Made by a program: the position numbers and the translations under genes
Shown: positions 59,863 through 64,000 of the stretch, in pieces
Position numbering within the stretch: the first letter of the stretch is position 1
Layout: the number at the start of each line of letters is the position of its first letter
The notes under the pieces: generated by a model
The model's input: only the letters and a program-made list of their open reading frames with translations
What the model was told of the DNA's origin: nothing
Database searches by the model: none
Assembly (NCBI GenBank): GCA_965197745.1
Contig: CBDANS010000007.1
Coordinates: 1,408,001 to 1,472,000 of the forward strand
Direction: 5' to 3'
DNA: 64,000 bases
Source: Opitutales bacterium
Lineage (GTDB): Bacteria; Verrucomicrobiota; Verrucomicrobiia; Opitutales; PNEW01

Positions 59863-61403
59863 ATGAAACCCAACATCGTTTTGCCTTCGCTGACGACTGG
59901 GGGCGATACGCCAGCGCGTACAGCAAGATCGAAGGTGAGGGATCCTTGAATACCTTGATCAAGACCCCTCACTTCGATCGTGTTGCAAGGGAAGGGGTCA
60001 TATTCACAAACGCTTTTGTTCCAGCACCTACCTGTACCCCGTGTCGAAGCGCTATCCTCTCAGGGCAGTATTTCTGGCAGACTGGACTGGGAGCCATTCT
60101 CCAGGGTGCCGTGTGGGACGAAAGCATACCTACCTATCCTTTGATACTCGAACAGGAGGGATACCATATTGGATACGCCTATAAGGTGTGATCTCCAGGA
60201 CGCGCGGTCAATGCCCCCTATGGCGGGGAGCGGACACGGTACGAACCGGCCGGAAACAACTTCCGACGGTTTTCTCACTTCGCCACCGGCAAGGTTCCAG
60301 AAATGGGAATCGAAGGAAGCAAGCAGACGCTTCTTGAGGAGACGCGTCAGAACTTCGATGCTTTACTAGGGGCCAGATCTGAGGGCAAACCGTTCTGCTA
60401 CTGGTGGGGGCCACAAAACACTCACCGCACCTGGGAGCGAGGCTCCGGCAAAGCCCTCTGGGGATTGGAGCCGGATGACCTGAAGGGCCGTCTACCTGCG
60501 TTCCTACCGGATGTAGACGAAGTCCGCGAGGACGTGTGCGATTACCTGGGCGAATGCCTGGCCGTGGATGCGGGACTGGGCGTCCTCCTAGAACGGCTTG
60601 AAGCCATTGGCGAGCTGGACGACACGCTCCTGGTCGTGAGCGGGGACCACGGGATTCCGGGGATTCCACGCGCCAAATGCAACCTGTATGATATTGGCTG
60701 CGAGGTGGCGCTTGCTGCACACTGGCCGGGCCGAATCCGGCCGGGCCGCGTCGTAGAAGATTTCATCAATCTGATGGACCTGGGCCCGACTTTCCTCGAA
60801 GCGGCTGGCGCGCGTGTTCCTGACAGCATGAGCGCCAGAAGCCTCATGCCCGTGTTTGAAAGCGACAAGAGTGGACAGATAGAGGACGACCGCACCTTCG
60901 TCGTCACAGGGCGCGAACGGCATGTCGCCGCGGCCCGTGAAGGCAACCTGCCCTATCCCCAACGTGCGATCCGAACACGGGACTTCCTTTACATTCACAA
61001 CTTCGCCCCGGACCGTTGGCCCATCGGCGACCCCTGCGGGCTGGATGACCCGACTACAGAAGCGCCGTCTTTTGAGAAGCTTTGCAACGATACCTATGCG
61101 GCGTATTCAGACATGGATGCCAGTCCGACAAAGGCCTGGATGATTCTTCATCGTACCGAAGAAAACGTGCAGGAGCTGTTTCGATTGGGTTTTGGCAAGC
61201 GTCCGAAAGAAGAACTCTATGATCTTCGTATCGATCCACATCACATGAACAATGTGGCCGGGGACGCGGTCTACAGCGACATCCAAAAGAAACTGGCCGC
61301 CAAACTGATACAGATCCTGCGCGAGAACAACGACCCACGCGTGGTGGAAGCTCAGTGTCGCTTTGAACACGAACCGTTCGCCGGTCCTCTACCGAAAGCA
61401 TAG
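59863..61403 (+). pseudogene. sulfatase, disrupted
   Basis: [14 protein letters not shown] broken at the T4 run 59879-59882; CTPCR (CxPxR) motif; TGA at 60189-60191 in KV(W)SPG; GDHG, K.NLYD and EELYDL..DP. Confidence 0.88.
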
Positions 61404-61749
61404 AAATGCAATACTGCCTGCACGGAATCCGACATCCGAACAAGACGATTGATGCGACGCCCTGACGGCTGCGCATCATCCTAATCGTTATGGCCAAGAA
61501 AGACGATTGATATCTCGATGTTTGACAGCGAGCAACCACAGCGTTTTATCGCTTAAGTAGATAAAGGGTATACCCTCTGCCACCAAAATGCTCTCATCAC
61601 TCGTCAGCGTTCGAGAATGGTAAGCTAAGGATAGCGCATGGCGCAGTTGCAACCATCATTGATAGACAATATTCAGGGACAGTTTAGAAGTTCAACCCCG
61701 CTTGACATTAAAGCTATTTCTCTACTATTTATTCTTTAAAGGATCCCAA

Positions 61750-63963
61750 ATGCACTTTAGAAATCGTGTTTCTTATTTAATATTGTTAAATGCATTAATC
61801 TTACCGCTTCTTCTCTCAGCTCTTCCTCAAGACCTTGAGGTATTCACGGATTTTGAGGATATCAGCGGGGAAGGTGAATTTTTCATCGGCGAAGAGCCCA
61901 ACCGGATCAAGTTAGTCGGATTCACGGTAGAAACGCTGGAAGATCCGGCGCTCTTACACTCCGGAACAAAGGCGATAACCCTCGGACCTGGTCAGGAGGG
62001 GGTAATTGTATCGGAAAGAGGGATTCAACTGCTCCAATTCTATGCGGCCGAAAATACGGGAGCCGGCAGAATCGAGCCCAGAGGAAATATCGATTTAGAA
62101 CATTTCATTACTTTAATTTTAGCGGAAAATGGTATTGTCGAGGGTTTACCGACCAATATCAGTCCCAGTGCCAATCCCCCATTACAAAGCTTTGTCGCAG
62201 ACAGTGATATGTTCCTCGACTCAACCGATTTTGACTTTCTCGACGGCATTAAAGAATTAAAGATCAAAAATGTTTCAGGAAAATTCTCCCTTGACGATCT
62301 GGGTTTCACGATAACGGAAAGACCGTCTAATAACACCGTATTCACTTCTTTTGAGGAATACAGTATTGGTGCAGGAATAACGGAACCCATTGTTTTTGGG
62401 GAATCACCCAATAGTGCTACTTTTGAAGGTGGCTCGATTTTATCTATAGGAAATAGTCCGACGCGATCGGGAACTCAATCCTATGGGATTGCTAACGGAG
62501 AAAGCTTCACGGTAACTTTTGAAACTCCGGCATTTGAGATCGATGTTTTCGCCGCAACCATTATTTTGACTGGCACTACTGACCCTGATGGTTCAATTGA
62601 AGTTTACGATACTAATGATAACCTTCTTGCTGTCTTTACGGATTTAGAAAGTGAGGGGAGTCTTCCTTCTTTATTCAAACCCCGTCAAACTACAATCAAT
62701 ACGGTAGAGTTGGGAGCTCCAGGTGGCATTGACAGACTGCTTGTTAAGGACAATCCCAATGTAAATATAGCAAGAAGCGCAACAGTCTTCGATGATTTCG
62801 GTTTTACTCCCATTGGCGCACCGGGCACAGGTTCCGAGGGTCCTCCACCCGTTGATGCTCCATCCATAACCACCCAGCCCGCGAGCCAAGAAGTGCAGTC
62901 CGGCGCTTCAGCGAGCTTGTCTGTAACCGCCAGCGGCGATGATCTTACTTATCAGTGGTACACAGGCAATAGTGGTGACACATCGAATCCCGTCGCCGGA
63001 GCTACCGGCAGCATTCTAGACACCGGTGCGCTCACCGCGAGCACAAACTTCTGGGTTCAGGTAACTAACGCCGGAGGCAGCGCTGACAGCGACACCGCGG
63101 TGATTACCGTAGCCGCTCCTTCTGTCCCCCTCGTTCTCGACGGCTCAGGCGATATCGCCGGAGAAAACATTCAGCACCCGAATGGAAACGTCTTTGACCA
63201 GGTCTTGCTCACCGGGGAAAGCGTTCGGCTCCAGGCAAAACCCAATCAGATCACCCGCGTTTCCTTCATGGACGAAACCGAAGACATTGTACAGGTGGAG
63301 TTCTCAGGCGCAGGTACCTTTACTGTAACCCTGGACCCGGCCACCTTCCTGCCCCCGGCCATACCCCCGCGCTATAACCAGGCAGTAGAGTACGTGACGG
63401 GCAAACCCAGCGTGGTTATCGATGGAGCGGACTCCAGTACCTTCTTCAGTATCTTCACGGTGGGAAGAATTAACGCGGTGAACCAGGCGCTGTTCCCCGA
63501 GGGACAGGTCTATGACGCCCAGGCGGACGTGACCCTGGTGGAAGTGATCAACTCCACGGGAATGGGAGGGATGCAGTTATCGAACACGGTGTTCAGTGGA
63601 AGCACGGGCAAGGTGGGCGTGGATGCCAGAGGGGTACCGATCGGGGTACGCTTAACCGTAGGCGACATCGATGCTGATGGCGATGCAGTGCCGCATCTCT
63701 TATTCGGATCGGGATCGTTCACCGTGGCGGCGAACAATACCGGGTTGCGGATCACCGGAGGCGACCTGGCGCAGACGAATGGAGCCTCAATCGTCGTCGC
63801 GGAGAGCGGATCGACGACGACCGGCTTTGAAGAGGCCTTTATCTCCCAGAACAATTTCAAGTCCGACAACACGCCTCAACCGACACAGTCCGTAAACGCG
63901 ACTTTTGTTAATGAAGATGGTGAGGTGATTGCGGTGACCGTGAACGAGGAAACGATTGAGTGA
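61750..63963 (+). CDS. secreted modular protein: two tandem beta-domains, an Ig-like domain and a C-terminal domain of unknown function
   Basis: Signal peptide; repeats FTDFED...DDLGFT and FTSFEE...DDFGFT; Ig PSITTQP.SQ...L.V.A.G..LTYQWY. Confidence 0.85.
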   Translation: MHFRNRVSYLILLNALILPLLLSALPQDLEVFTDFEDISGEGEFFIGEEPNRIKLVGFTVETLEDPALLHSGTKAITLGPGQEGVIVSERGIQLLQFYAAENTGAGRIEPRGNIDLEHFITLILAENGIVEGLPTNISPSANPPLQSFVADSDMFLDSTDFDFLDGIKELKIKNVSGKFSLDDLGFTITERPSNNTVFTSFEEYSIGAGITEPIVFGESPNSATFEGGSILSIGNSPTRSGTQSYGIANGESFTVTFETPAFEIDVFAATIILTGTTDPDGSIEVYDTNDNLLAVFTDLESEGSLPSLFKPRQTTINTVELGAPGGIDRLLVKDNPNVNIARSATVFDDFGFTPIGAPGTGSEGPPPVDAPSITTQPASQEVQSGASASLSVTASGDDLTYQWYTGNSGDTSNPVAGATGSILDTGALTASTNFWVQVTNAGGSADSDTAVITVAAPSVPLVLDGSGDIAGENIQHPNGNVFDQVLLTGESVRLQAKPNQITRVSFMDETEDIVQVEFSGAGTFTVTLDPATFLPPAIPPRYNQAVEYVTGKPSVVIDGADSSTFFSIFTVGRINAVNQALFPEGQVYDAQADVTLVEVINSTGMGGMQLSNTVFSGSTGKVGVDARGVPIGVRLTVGDIDADGDAVPHLLFGSGSFTVAANNTGLRITGGDLAQTNGASIVVAESGSTTTGFEEAFISQNNFKSDNTPQPTQSVNATFVNEDGEVIAVTVNEETIE

Positions 63964-63966
63964 ATC

Positions 63967-63992
63967 GATTGCGGAATGCGGAATGCGGATTG
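63967..63992. repeat. heptamer tandem repeat (GAWTGCG)
   Basis: GATTGCG GAATGCG GAATGCG GATTG directly after the stop codon. Confidence 0.55.
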
Positions 63993-64000
63993 ACGGATGT

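Noticed and set aside
60189..60191. Selenocysteine or recoded TGA in the sulfatase
   Set aside because: The position fits a Trp (KVWSPG), the gene has a second lesion, and TGA is a normal stop elsewhere in the window

Overview
Bacterial chromosomal segment. A PVC-superphylum host (probably Verrucomicrobiota/Opitutales) is inferred from gene content: a PEP-CTERM protein with beta-strand repeats, many secreted PQQ-like beta-propellers, and a DUF1501/DUF1800 pair. Layout: (1) 0.3-11 kb holds transport, nucleotide-metabolism and two-component genes. (2) 11.3-14.7 kb is a frameshifted PEP-CTERM repeat protein, followed by a probable 6S RNA, pepE, ovoA and orn. (3) 19.1-43.0 kb is a co-oriented block of about 19 genes, many translationally coupled. 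It combines four secreted beta-propellers, a DUF3311/SSS importer, a GriC/GriD-like carboxylate-reductase pair plus Fe-ADH, a HemN-like radical SAM enzyme, a UbiC-like chorismate lyase, a flavin-dependent halogenase-family enzyme, a GT4 glycosyltransferase, a thioesterase, a PaaK-like ligase and a LolD/FtsX-type ABC exporter. This block is the best candidate for an undescribed biosynthetic/export system. (4) A RAYT transposase sits among three dispersed REP classes, some interrupted by other small palindromic elements. (5) tRNA-Ser(GGA) is followed by tandem island material: catabolic cargo, a displaced tRNA 3' end, a tyrosine integrase, a dead IS3, a terminase-small-subunit remnant, a sulfatase pseudogene and a modular secreted Ig-domain protein. 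All family calls come from motif recognition by eye; no database searches were run.
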